Source: Candidatus Caldarchaeum sp. (lineage in GTDB: Archaea > Thermoproteota > Nitrososphaeria_A > Caldarchaeales > Caldarchaeaceae). Taken from it: a stretch of DNA of 64,000 nt. Below the pieces are notes generated by a model, which saw only the letters and a list, made by a program, of their open reading frames with translations, was not told the origin of the DNA and made no database searches. This document shows, one piece after another, positions 18,401 to 26,403 of this stretch (positions within the stretch are counted from its first letter, which is position 1; every line of letters begins with the position of its first letter). Location of the stretch: the NCBI GenBank assembly GCA_033580815.1, contig JAVQUC010000002.1, positions 91,150 to 155,149 on the forward strand. The letters run 5' to 3'. A program made the position numbers and the translations under genes.

Positions 18401-18920
18401 TCTCCTCGATGACTCCGCCGTCAACAACTTCTTTTATCAACTGTTCCCACGAAATTACCTTCCATTTCCCGCTTCCCCGCGGCCCTGCTCTCTTCAATGG
18501 CTTGACTATCCGGTAGGGGTCGTACACGTAGTGTATGCCGTCTTGGCCTCGAGGACAGAGGGTCGACCCGATGGCCAGAGAGTTTCTGGAGGGAGTTCTG
18601 TAGTCGATTTCGCTGAAGCGGTTGAGCTGATGGTCGTTGGAAACGTATCTGTTGTAGGGATGGTATGGGTTGCCTTCGATTCTTTCGATTACTTCAGAGC
18701 CGTCGATGGATGCAATCCGGACACGGATGCCACACCTTACGTTGCATCCCAAACAAGACGAATACACGTACCTGACATCGGCGCCGGAAAGCTTGTCAGG
18801 CCTATACAGCCGAGTCGCGGGCTGGATTATCCTGTCGACCGTGCCCCAGTACCCAGCGAGAAAAACTCCGAGAGAAGCCGCTGCAACAGCGCCCTTGACG
18901 GCTGTTCTCCTACTGACCAT
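15471..18920 (-). CDS. Molybdopterin (bis-MGD) oxidoreductase catalytic subunit, Tat-exported, Ttr/Psr/Phs-like
   Basis: 1149 aa. Twin-arginine signal MVSRRTAVKGAVAAASLGVFLAG. N-terminal 4Fe-4S motif CLGCNVRC...CPRG. Length and B-C-A gene order resemble tetrathionate reductase. Confidence 0.85.
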   Translation of the reverse strand: MVSRRTAVKGAVAAASLGVFLAGYWGTVDRIIQPATRLYRPDKLSGADVRYVYSSCLGCNVRCGIRVRIASIDGSEVIERIEGNPYHPYNRYVSNDHQLNRFSEIDYRTPSRNSLAIGSTLCPRGQDGIHYVYDPYRIVKPLKRAGPRGSGKWKVISWEQLIKEVVDGGVIEETGERLPGIREVYVFGRLRDAGFENPGEILTNIKKDVDELVKKAADKNVTVEQLEALVNDFKEKWAKTLGEKGVKLEDVLVDPDNPDLGTKANMLVYMRGRGQDNADTFANRFVRAIGSVNWMRHTSSCQLAFYAGNYLWSGFYDINADFMGAKVVIMAGAALGRLHPGATGQGALVEKAANGELKVYYVNPLAPRVSANKNIVWVPIKPGTDAALAMALLQLLIKNNWINREFLEAPSKKAAEKIGYPYHSNATWLVVMEEGHSLFGSHVTDTMLGVGKDGKPIVKSGDEFVVNEAVDKAELEFAGKIKLANGEEVLVKTAFSILKETAFSKTVEEWGNICGVDAETIAQIAKDFGEAAPRASTYIHRGVAMHPNGEYTVWALRCLDILVGNYHRIGGILGRPSLTAYNNYLYNCSASGFGEPLRWGPPIDRHAVEYEKTIMYHRKVKRGENPYPAKRPWYPLSPEESYTELFAGIDLAYPYPIKVLILYFANPVIASNNGLKFVEVLRDTKKLPLFIGITTTINETYLYADYLVPDTTYLETGTSGVHFLYGGGMGRFVAESWRTPAIMPLTERIGDSPDGKPRYASFWEFFIDVGKALKAAGFGDKAIPGVKDRKHEGKWFPLHSFWDYIMRVYANGGASAVERGIVPKEIPEEDVKFVEENYLIAKFKNVLPEDEWRQAAYCLARGGVFTKYEESFNEKGFSKRSVPGTGVLLIWNEKLAKTRNSVTGKKFWGGPAYFEPATYAPVGRSTKTLSFAGTPLREIYPEDEYPFMLVFESGPLYTKHRSGNYYWLKTILPENFVLINKEDATRLGIETGDVVSVESPYGSVEAPAVVTTSIARGVVAVPYGMGRWVETLVVKPKYVKMKKGGEALEALPEQVSIPEEAVNPVRNLPTLVKQILFTHRPSDYYEKGLAVDEWRFNGVTTNPIQMADESLGEWPMLTWLGAGQSYYSNPVKIVKTGKTKKLPDHHVVW

Positions 18921-20019
18921 CTTCCCTCACCTCCAACGGGAAAATGATGGATAGGATTAGGAAGACTGCGACTCCCGCAGCTATCGGTGAAACAGTCTCC
19001 AAAAACCAGAGCCCATGGAGGTCGGCCTCCAGCACAGCCAGACCCGTTTTCGACACCAGCTGCGCGTTGATGAGGATGTTCCATTTGTTAGCGAAGGTTC
19101 CTGCAAGCGCGATGAAAGAAACTGCAACGCTTAAGCCCGGATATCTGATGGCGGCGAGTGAAACGAAGAAGCTGAGCATCAGAAGCGCAATCACGCCATA
19201 CAGGAAAGGAGTCAAAGTCTCAACCATCCGAGCCATCGAAGGCGACCAGAGAGACCAAACAGCCATCTGGAGAGCGGTCAAAGCGGCCACGGATATTGAG
19301 CCCGCCGCGTGAATTTTCAAAACGGCAACAAGAACATCCTTTTCGATTCTCTTCCAACGCCAAAAGTAGTAGGCGAGTATGAAAATGGCTGTGGCGACTA
19401 CGAACGTGTCGGCGAAGTAGACCACAGGTAAGAATGTCCAGCTTCTCCACACAGGGTTCCACGTCTGGGTGAGGAGCATCGAAGCCGGATACATTCCCCA
19501 CATCGTCATAGGAAACAGCATGGCTACGGCGAACCCCTTAGCGATTTTTTCAACCTTTCGATATTTTTCCGCGGAAGTTATGTTTAAGGAGAAAACTCTG
19601 AAAAACGTTTGTCTAAAGCCCGTCATACTGAGAGAGGCTTGGTAGGAGTAGTAGGAAAATGTGAGGAGGGCGAAGACTACCGCCAAGACCAAGCCCACCG
19701 CCCACAACAGTGATTGAATCGCTATCAGCGATATTCCCGGATTTGCCGCGCTCGACGTGAGATGCGGGTTCAAGAATATCAGTTGCGCTCTTTGCGGTGA
19801 GCCGAGGTCGGCCAAAGGCCCAAGGAGGACCACGGCGAAAAACCCTATGCCAAGCATGGTCATTAAAGGAACGGCCTTTCTGAGCGAGTTAGACAGGTAC
19901 GCAAGCGATGCGAGAATGAGCAAGTCGGCGCCAGATATCAGCAAAGTGTAAGCAAAAAGCACTGGATGCCAGAGTAGGGGCGCCGCAGCCTCGTTCGGAT
20001 AGTAGTATTCGACCAGCAT
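18910..20019 (-). CDS. NrfD/PsrC-type integral membrane quinol-interacting subunit
   Basis: 369 aa with about 8-9 predicted TM helices, located between the FeS and Mo subunits. It starts directly after the FeS gene stop and overlaps the Mo-subunit start by 11 nt. Confidence 0.8.
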   Translation of the reverse strand: MLVEYYYPNEAAAPLLWHPVLFAYTLLISGADLLILASLAYLSNSLRKAVPLMTMLGIGFFAVVLLGPLADLGSPQRAQLIFLNPHLTSSAANPGISLIAIQSLLWAVGLVLAVVFALLTFSYYSYQASLSMTGFRQTFFRVFSLNITSAEKYRKVEKIAKGFAVAMLFPMTMWGMYPASMLLTQTWNPVWRSWTFLPVVYFADTFVVATAIFILAYYFWRWKRIEKDVLVAVLKIHAAGSISVAALTALQMAVWSLWSPSMARMVETLTPFLYGVIALLMLSFFVSLAAIRYPGLSVAVSFIALAGTFANKWNILINAQLVSKTGLAVLEADLHGLWFLETVSPIAAGVAVFLILSIIFPLEVREDGQ

Positions 20020-20661
20020 TCAGCGGTTCACCTCATCGGGCAGGCTAAGATAGAAAATCATGGGTTTCGCACCCGTGAAAGGTTTCAGCACCTGAGTAGG
20101 TTTACTTTCGACCGTCTTGGACAATTCATTCTCCTCGGTCAGCGGCCCGAAGATTCTCGCCCCCGTCGGACAGGCTTCAACGCACGCCGGCAGCATTCCT
20201 TGCGCAAGCCTGTGATCGCAGAAGGTGCATTTGTCTGCAACGCCTTTGACAGGGTTCCTGTACCGAGCCCCGTAGGGACATGCTTGTATGCATGCGCCGC
20301 ATCCAATGCAGAGTTCGTCGTTGACCAAGACAAGCCCGTCAGAAGTAACATAAGTGGCTTTGGTTGGGCACGGCGGCACGCATGGAGGGTCCTCACAATG
20401 GTTACACTGCTTCGGAATAAATACCCGGGTTCCATCCGGCTTTTCCAAATACTCTATCCATGTCCTAAAAACACCCAAGGGAACGTTGTTCTCAGCCGCG
20501 CAAGCAACCACGCAGGCCATGCAGCCGAAACATTTCTCCACGTCCATCAACATGGCGTACCTCTTCCCGGAAGCTTCCGAAACCACGCTCGAAAGTAGGG
20601 GAAACGAGAGCAAAACACCCGAAGAAACTGCGGATATAAATTCGCGTCTAGACTGCGTCAT
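20020..20661 (-). CDS. Four-cluster 4Fe-4S ferredoxin subunit (TtrB/PsrB-like), Tat signal
   Basis: Tat motif MTQSRREFISAV. Cys clusters CFGCMACVVAC, CNHCEDPPCVPPCP, CIGCGACIQACP, CTFCDHRL...CVEACP. Confidence 0.88.
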   Translation of the reverse strand: MTQSRREFISAVSSGVLLSFPLLSSVVSEASGKRYAMLMDVEKCFGCMACVVACAAENNVPLGVFRTWIEYLEKPDGTRVFIPKQCNHCEDPPCVPPCPTKATYVTSDGLVLVNDELCIGCGACIQACPYGARYRNPVKGVADKCTFCDHRLAQGMLPACVEACPTGARIFGPLTEENELSKTVESKPTQVLKPFTGAKPMIFYLSLPDEVNR

Positions 20662-20772
20662 CGACTCTATATATATCGATATGCAAATTAAACTTTGTGT
20701 ATTTATTAAAATTTTACTAAGGCTGCTCTACTTATAGTGCTTTCATACAAGATTCCCACAAATTGGTAGGAT

Positions 20773-21228
20773 TCAGCGCTTTGGTTTTTTGACCTCTCCC
20801 GTGATTAGAAGGTTGAGCGGCGCCCCGTTAACCATCGTAACCTTGTAGCGTACGCCGGGTAGGTCTCCCATCGATTTGCCCATCGAGCCTCCTATGCCTT
20901 CGATGATGACTTCGTCGTGTTCGTCGACGACGTTGAGCGCCCCATCTCCGGGAAGAAAGGCGGTAACTACTTTGCTGTTCTTGATGAGCTGTACTCGGAC
21001 GCATTTGCGGACGGCGGAGTTAGGCTGCCTCGACTCAATCCCAACCTTCTGAACCACTATTCCCCGGGCCATCGGAGCGCCTTCCAACGGGTCCGTCTTC
21101 TCCTTCAGCCCAAGCCTCCTAATACGGTATTTTCGGATAGCCCATCTAAACCTGTTCCTGACCTTCTTTAAATGGCGCGCCGCGAACTCCCCATTCCCCA
21201 ACCCTATCGCCGACGCCTTATGAGACAC
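20773..21228 (-). CDS. rps12: 30S ribosomal protein S12 (uS12)
   Basis: 151 aa with [36 protein letters not shown], typical of archaeal S12. Confidence 0.93.
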   Translation of the reverse strand: MSHKASAIGLGNGEFAARHLKKVRNRFRWAIRKYRIRRLGLKEKTDPLEGAPMARGIVVQKVGIESRQPNSAVRKCVRVQLIKNSKVVTAFLPGDGALNVVDEHDEVIIEGIGGSMGKSMGDLPGVRYKVTMVNGAPLNLLITGEVKKPKR

Positions 21229-21255
21229 CGGTTTCTAATAAAGGTGCACCGAACC

Positions 21256-22254
21256 TTAGCCGCCGATGGTGTGCATCGGCCTTATCAATGGTTCGACCGA
21301 TTTTTTCTTCAGCAGCGTTTCAACGCCCGCGAACTTTTTCCTGAAACTTTCTCGGATGAATGTTGCAATCTCTTCGTCGGGCGCTCCTCCTCGGAGTAGC
21401 TTCTTGACGTCGTACTCGTCGCGGCTGAAAAGGCAGGGGACAATCTTTCCGTCCGCCGTCAACCTTATCCGGTCACAGTCACCGCAGAAAGGCTGGGTCA
21501 TCGAAGTTATGATACTCACGTTTCCTTCCGAACCGTCGGCAAACTCGTAAGAAACCGCCGTGCTTCCACGCTCTCTCGGAAGCCGGACCAAACGATACCT
21601 TTCCTCGATTTTCGCGATTATTTCGGAGCCGGGAACCAGACGTGATGCATCCCATGGATGCCTTCCGTCGAAGGGCATGTATTCGATGAACCTTATCGAA
21701 AGCCCCGATTCTCTTCCCAAGTCGACGAAGTCCAAAATTTCGTCTTCGTTGCACCCCCGTATCACGACGCAGTTGATTTTCACGGGTCGGATTCCAACGG
21801 CTTTTGCCGTTCTTATTCCGTTGAGAACTCTCGCGAAGACATCTTTCCTTCCAACAATCGCTTCGAATTTTTCGGGTTTGAGGCTGTGGAGGCTAACGGT
21901 GACGCTGTCGAGGCCGGCTTCCTTTAACGCAGACGCTTTTTCAGCTAGAAAATATCCATTTGTTGTCATGGAAATCGATTCCAGTTTGGAGACTGACCTG
22001 AAAAGCCTCACGCCTTTTTCTATATCTCGTCTCATTAGGGGCTCTCCTCCGCTGAGACGGAGCTTCGTAACGTTCATGTCGGCGAGAATCCGCACCACCC
22101 TCGTCATTTCTTCGTACGTGAGGATTTCGGAATGAGGCATCCATACAGGGTTGAGAGGCATGCAGAAGTCGCATCGGAAGTTACACCGGTCTGTGACCGA
22201 TAGGCGAAGCTTCCGAGCCACCCTTCCGAAGCCGTCTACGAGGTCATCAGCCAC
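21256..22254 (-). CDS. moaA: GTP 3',8-cyclase MoaA (molybdenum cofactor biosynthesis, radical SAM)
   Basis: Radical SAM CNFRCDFC, LSGGEPL, and C-terminal auxiliary cluster region CGDCDRIRLTADGKIVPC. Confidence 0.9.
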   Translation of the reverse strand: MADDLVDGFGRVARKLRLSVTDRCNFRCDFCMPLNPVWMPHSEILTYEEMTRVVRILADMNVTKLRLSGGEPLMRRDIEKGVRLFRSVSKLESISMTTNGYFLAEKASALKEAGLDSVTVSLHSLKPEKFEAIVGRKDVFARVLNGIRTAKAVGIRPVKINCVVIRGCNEDEILDFVDLGRESGLSIRFIEYMPFDGRHPWDASRLVPGSEIIAKIEERYRLVRLPRERGSTAVSYEFADGSEGNVSIITSMTQPFCGDCDRIRLTADGKIVPCLFSRDEYDVKKLLRGGAPDEEIATFIRESFRKKFAGVETLLKKKSVEPLIRPMHTIGG

Positions 22255-22302
22255 GGATTATGACTTGCTTTTTCATCTTAAAAATAATTCGTCTTAAAAA
22301 AA

Positions 22303-23688
22303 TTAGGCAGTTTGGGGAGTCGGCGCCCTTGTCTTTGCTTCGACCGACTGCATGGCGTGGCGGTAAATGTGGGCTATCAACCCGAAAATCATCACGATAA
22401 CGCCGAGGTTAAAGAGGGAGAGGTTCTTGAGGCCTTCGAGATAGTTCTGGAACGCGACGAGGGCCAAAATCCCGATGACCGCTAAAAGCCCCATGATGAT
22501 TCTGACACACCATTCATAGGATAGTTGGAAAGTGATTTGCCTCGTCCTCATCGGCGGCTTAGCCTGTCTCGCCGACGGCGGCGGCGCGATGAATTTGTAG
22601 CTGATTACGAACGTGGCTGCTACGAGGAAGACAAGCACCGGGTAGAAAACAAGCGGTTCGATGTAGACAGCTGTGAATGCGTCAACCCTAGGCACTGTGT
22701 AGAATCCCCACACGGTGGTGACCACGATGAGAACGATGGAAGAAAGTCCCGCGGCCGTGAAGAACGGTCTCTCTTTCCAGCTCAGCTTTTTTGACCTGTC
22801 GACAAAGGGGATCAGCAGGAAAAACATGATGAAGAGGAGTGGCAAAAGGGCGCCTGATGTGAATCTTTCGAGCCCGGTTCTGATGAAGGCGTAGATCGCC
22901 GACAAATACCATTCAGGAACTTCGACGATGGCTCTCGTTGGGTCATATTTGATGCCCAAATCCACTGGGTAAAGTCCTCCAGCGATCAAAATGGCGCCTA
23001 TGACCCCTGCGACGACCGGTGGGTCGAAAACGAGGTTCCGTGGAAAATGAACCAAGGCTAGCAAAAGCATCACCATCGGAAGAATGAAGACGTGAAGCGC
23101 GTATAACCTTAGTATCAGGTCATACAAACCTCCGCCTAAGAGGATGGGTGCCAGCTGAGGCCCGAGTATCGGCGCCGCGTTGGTCAGACCTACAGCTATG
23201 TTGATTGCGAGCATCGCTCTCTGGTTAAGAATTAGGTCATAGCCGGTGAAGGCTTCAAGAACCGTGACTGTGCCGAGAATGACGCCCGTGACCCAGATCA
23301 CCTCGTTTTTGACCTTGTACCTTCCGCTAAAATACTGGTAGAACAGATGCGCTATCGCGAGGAAAACCATGGCGTTGGATGCATGGTAGTGGATGTTTCG
23401 GATGAAGAACCCGAAGGCGATCTTCTCCTCGATTTCTTTGACGCTGTTGTAGGCTAGGTTGACGTCCGGCCTGTAGTACAGCATCAAAAGCGCACCCGTG
23501 ATGCCGAGAAGGGCGAAAACTATGCCCGTCAGAGTTCCCAAATATCCGAACGGGCTGACCGCCACCCTCGGAATCTGAAACCTGAACGTCACGATGGGCG
23601 TTCTTTCAAGCCGGTCGACAAGCCATTTAACAAAATCATCGAAAACCCGGCCGAGCGGACCGGCCTCTGCTTTCTGTTGCGACATCAA
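22303..23688 (-). CDS. Di-haem cytochrome b (bc-complex type) with extra C-terminal TM helices
   Basis: 461 aa. RNIHYHASNAMVFLAIAHLF and LYALHVFILPMVMLLLALVHF supply the two His pairs of cytochrome b/b6. Further TM helices follow. No Rieske protein gene is present in the window. Confidence 0.8.
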   Translation of the reverse strand: MMSQQKAEAGPLGRVFDDFVKWLVDRLERTPIVTFRFQIPRVAVSPFGYLGTLTGIVFALLGITGALLMLYYRPDVNLAYNSVKEIEEKIAFGFFIRNIHYHASNAMVFLAIAHLFYQYFSGRYKVKNEVIWVTGVILGTVTVLEAFTGYDLILNQRAMLAINIAVGLTNAAPILGPQLAPILLGGGLYDLILRLYALHVFILPMVMLLLALVHFPRNLVFDPPVVAGVIGAILIAGGLYPVDLGIKYDPTRAIVEVPEWYLSAIYAFIRTGLERFTSGALLPLLFIMFFLLIPFVDRSKKLSWKERPFFTAAGLSSIVLIVVTTVWGFYTVPRVDAFTAVYIEPLVFYPVLVFLVAATFVISYKFIAPPPSARQAKPPMRTRQITFQLSYEWCVRIIMGLLAVIGILALVAFQNYLEGLKNLSLFNLGVIVMIFGLIAHIYRHAMQSVEAKTRAPTPQTA

Positions 23689-23707
23689 TAATCACAAATG
23701 GCGTTCA

Positions 23708-23716
23708 GTATATAAG
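23708..23716 (-). promoter_or_regulatory. TATA box candidate for the cytochrome b gene
   Basis: GTATATAAG is centred about 24 nt upstream of the start codon at 23688. Confidence 0.35.
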
Positions 23717-23746
23717 AATATTTTATCTTCACGCATGTGAATTAGG

Positions 23747-23755
23747 CTTATATAC
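23747..23755 (+). promoter_or_regulatory. TATA box candidate for pyrB
   Basis: CTTATATAC is centred about 25 nt upstream of GTG 23776, implying a leaderless or very short-leader transcript. Confidence 0.35.
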
Positions 23756-23775
23756 GCTGAACGTTTTGTGCCGAC

Positions 23776-24693
23776 GTGTTGAAGCATGTAATTTCGGCAA
23801 GACAGTTCGACGCCGAAAGCGCGTTGAAAATTTTCTCCGAAGCGAAAAGGATCAAAGCATTCCTGAAAGAAGGCAAGTCGCTAAAGTTGGCTGAAAACAA
23901 GATTTTGATGACTGTGTTTTTGGAGCCGAGCACCCGAACGCGTCTGAGCTTTGTATTCGCTATGAAGAGGCTGGGCGGAGACGTTGTGGATTTCGGTCCT
24001 GAAGAAATCACCAGCAGAGCGAAGGGTGAATCGTTCGAAGACACGATGCGGATGCTCGACGGATATAATCCCGACATTATCGTCGTTAGAAGCAAGGAAG
24101 TCGGAGCGGCGGAAAAGGCATCGAAACTTGTGAAGTGCTCAGTCATTAATGCCGGGGACGGATGGAACGAGCATCCCACACAAGCTCTCCTCGACGTCTT
24201 CACGATTTGGGAAATTTTCGGTAAAGTCGACGGCCTTCGAATAGGAATCATGGGAGACCTGAAATACGGGCGGACACCGAGCAGCCTGTCCTTCCTTCTT
24301 TCAAAGTTTAGGGGTGTATCCTTTCACTATATTGCTCCTCAGGCTCTCCAAATACGAGAGGAGGTGTTGAAAGAAGTACAGGCGTTCGAAGTTCATATCC
24401 ATTCGAGGCTCGAGGAAGTAGATGAAGAGCTCGACGTTTTGTACGTTACACGTCTCCAGAAAGAAAGGTTCACGAACCAGAGAGAATACGAAGAGCTTAA
24501 AGGAAGCTATGTTGTCACCGTTGACTTGTTGAAGAAGCTCAAAAAAATCCCCGTCATCATGCATCCGCTGCCGCGAGTCGATGAACTCTCTACTGAAATA
24601 GATCGGCTACCTCAGGCGAAATATTTTCAGCAGGCGGAGAACGGGGTCTACGTGAGGGCTGCGTTGATAGCCATGCTACTGGGCAAAATTTAG
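23776..24693 (+). CDS. pyrB: Aspartate carbamoyltransferase catalytic subunit
   Basis: Motifs STRTR, HPTQALLD and HPLPRVDE. 305 aa. Confidence 0.93.
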   Translation: MLKHVISARQFDAESALKIFSEAKRIKAFLKEGKSLKLAENKILMTVFLEPSTRTRLSFVFAMKRLGGDVVDFGPEEITSRAKGESFEDTMRMLDGYNPDIIVVRSKEVGAAEKASKLVKCSVINAGDGWNEHPTQALLDVFTIWEIFGKVDGLRIGIMGDLKYGRTPSSLSFLLSKFRGVSFHYIAPQALQIREEVLKEVQAFEVHIHSRLEEVDEELDVLYVTRLQKERFTNQREYEELKGSYVVTVDLLKKLKKIPVIMHPLPRVDELSTEIDRLPQAKYFQQAENGVYVRAALIAMLLGKI

Positions 24694-24694
24694 G

Positions 24695-26032
24695 CTAAAG
24701 TCTCCTGCTTGAAGCTTGGACGACGAAAAACCACACGCCCGCAACTAGCGCCATCGTGTAGATGGCTATTGTCGGTGTTTTAAGAACGTTCGCGGGGTTG
24801 AAAGCGTTGGCCATTTCCTGTATACTGGGTAGGATGTTCGCTAACGATATGTTGAACCCGAGCAGTAACAATCCAACGGCCGGGATGTAGAGAAGCTTGC
24901 TCTTCGCCCAGGCCGCTAACATTCCGGACAACATTAGTAATCCGATGCAGCCGGCTGCGGAAATTAGTGTTGAGAAGTCTGTGGCTACGGATGAAGCGAC
25001 CGCGTACAAAACCGCGGCGACCGGTATGGTTTGCGCCGGCAGCCGCCTGGTTCGAGGCGGATTTTGGAGCACGGGATGGTAATGCTTTGCGATGTTTCCG
25101 AGAATGCTGAGAAGAGCGGACAACCCTAGCAGCTGGAGCAGGTGTTGAATAACGGTCGCCGACATGCTCAGAGCTGGTAGCCCAGTTATAGGAGTGAGGA
25201 GAAATGCAACCGTCTGATGGAGGGATTGACCCGCTGTAGCCAGGGATGCGGCAAGGGCGAACAATAAAATGTGGAATATCCCAGCCCCGGTAGGTTGACC
25301 AGTTAACAACATGGCCGAGGAGACCACGGGTATCAAGAGAAACGTTTCCACGCTCAGCGAAAGCTCCTGCCTTGGTTCGATCTCAACAAGGGATGAAGTC
25401 ACAACCGAAATGAAGAAGAAAAGCAAGGCGCCGATAAAAACCGGCCTCATGAAATCCCCAAGCCCGTTGAATACATCGCGGCCGCTGAAGGCGAGTGCAA
25501 ACAGAATCGACGGCAGCGCGATCGGCAACAACTCCTGCGGGAAGATCTGCATGGGCAGAGTGGTCGCAAGAAATAAACCAACCAAGGCTAAAGCAACTAC
25601 CGGGATCATGTTCTTTTTGACTTTCAAGGATACTATCGTCGAGGCTGCGAAGACGAGGAGGATCACTGGATGGATTTCGGTGTTTTGGACCGTGTTGAAT
25701 ATCGCTGCAAAGAGCAAGAGGAGGTAGGCCAGCTTCAAAAAACGAGATGATGCATTTGGTTGCACTCTATTCACCTGCAGAAAATTGAACACGGGCATGA
25801 GAAGCGACGAAGCGAGCAAAGCTGCTGCCAGGAATTCGGCGAACGAACCCATTGCCGAGGCCTGGGACATAACGACCAAGAACACATAGAAGACAGGAAG
25901 GTTGACGGGTTGAAGGATATTCGAAGAGAAAATGCGACGTCCGTGCAGTGCATAGAGGCTCGCTAAGGAGAAAGCTATTATGACGGAGAAAGTGATGAGG
26001 GGTAACAATTCCGGCATCAGTGGAAAAAACAT
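24695..26032 (-). CDS. Polytopic membrane protein, unknown function
   Basis: 445 aa, very hydrophobic, at least 12 predicted TM segments. I recognise no motif. Confidence 0.55.
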   Translation of the reverse strand: MFFPLMPELLPLITFSVIIAFSLASLYALHGRRIFSSNILQPVNLPVFYVFLVVMSQASAMGSFAEFLAAALLASSLLMPVFNFLQVNRVQPNASSRFLKLAYLLLLFAAIFNTVQNTEIHPVILLVFAASTIVSLKVKKNMIPVVALALVGLFLATTLPMQIFPQELLPIALPSILFALAFSGRDVFNGLGDFMRPVFIGALLFFFISVVTSSLVEIEPRQELSLSVETFLLIPVVSSAMLLTGQPTGAGIFHILLFALAASLATAGQSLHQTVAFLLTPITGLPALSMSATVIQHLLQLLGLSALLSILGNIAKHYHPVLQNPPRTRRLPAQTIPVAAVLYAVASSVATDFSTLISAAGCIGLLMLSGMLAAWAKSKLLYIPAVGLLLLGFNISLANILPSIQEMANAFNPANVLKTPTIAIYTMALVAGVWFFVVQASSRRL

Positions 26033-26070
26033 TGTATTAAACTACGTGTAGCTTCCATCTCGGCCGTAGG

Positions 26071-26403
26071 TCAGATTTTTTGTCTAATAGGCTTGGGTAT
26101 CTCGATTTCAATGTTTTCTCTTTTTTTGACCTCTAGCCAATAACGGTATATTTGTTCTTGGATGATGTCGATTATGTCCTGTCTTCGGGGGTCAAATAGA
26201 TGTCTGAACCTCGCCTGCCTTCTCCGGTATTCTTCCACAGGTTTCAGGATGCGGGGTACAAATGTATGCTTTACTTCGCCATGAACAGCCTCCTTCAAAG
26301 GCCATACTCCGCACTCGACGGCGAGTTTGGACATCTTCACAGTCTCTGAAGGGTCAAACCCCCAGCCGGTCGGGCATGGCGTGTAGCATATGAACAGCTT
26401 AGG
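26071..26403 (-). pseudogene. C-terminal remnant of 2-oxoacid:ferredoxin oxidoreductase beta subunit (PorB-like)
   Basis: The frame reads KLFICYTPCPTGWGFDPSETVKMSKLAVECGVWPLKE...PVEEYRRRQARFRHL, which matches only the last third of PorB-type subunits. Nothing PorB-like lies upstream of about 26403, and there are no alpha/gamma/delta subunit genes. Confidence 0.65.

Noticed and set aside
20662-20772. 111-nt AT-rich spacer (TATATATAT, TTTATTAAAATTTTA) considered as a possible ncRNA or mobile-element end
   Set aside because: It has no stable secondary structure, boxes or repeats elsewhere in the window. Its composition and position fit an ordinary promoter region for the ttrB-like operon.
23748-24251. 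167-aa ORF antisense to pyrB; likewise 42338-42796 antisense to osmC, 21560-22135 antisense to moaA and 45280-45855 antisense to the XDH gene
   Set aside because: All lie inside motif-supported genes on the other strand and have low-complexity composition.
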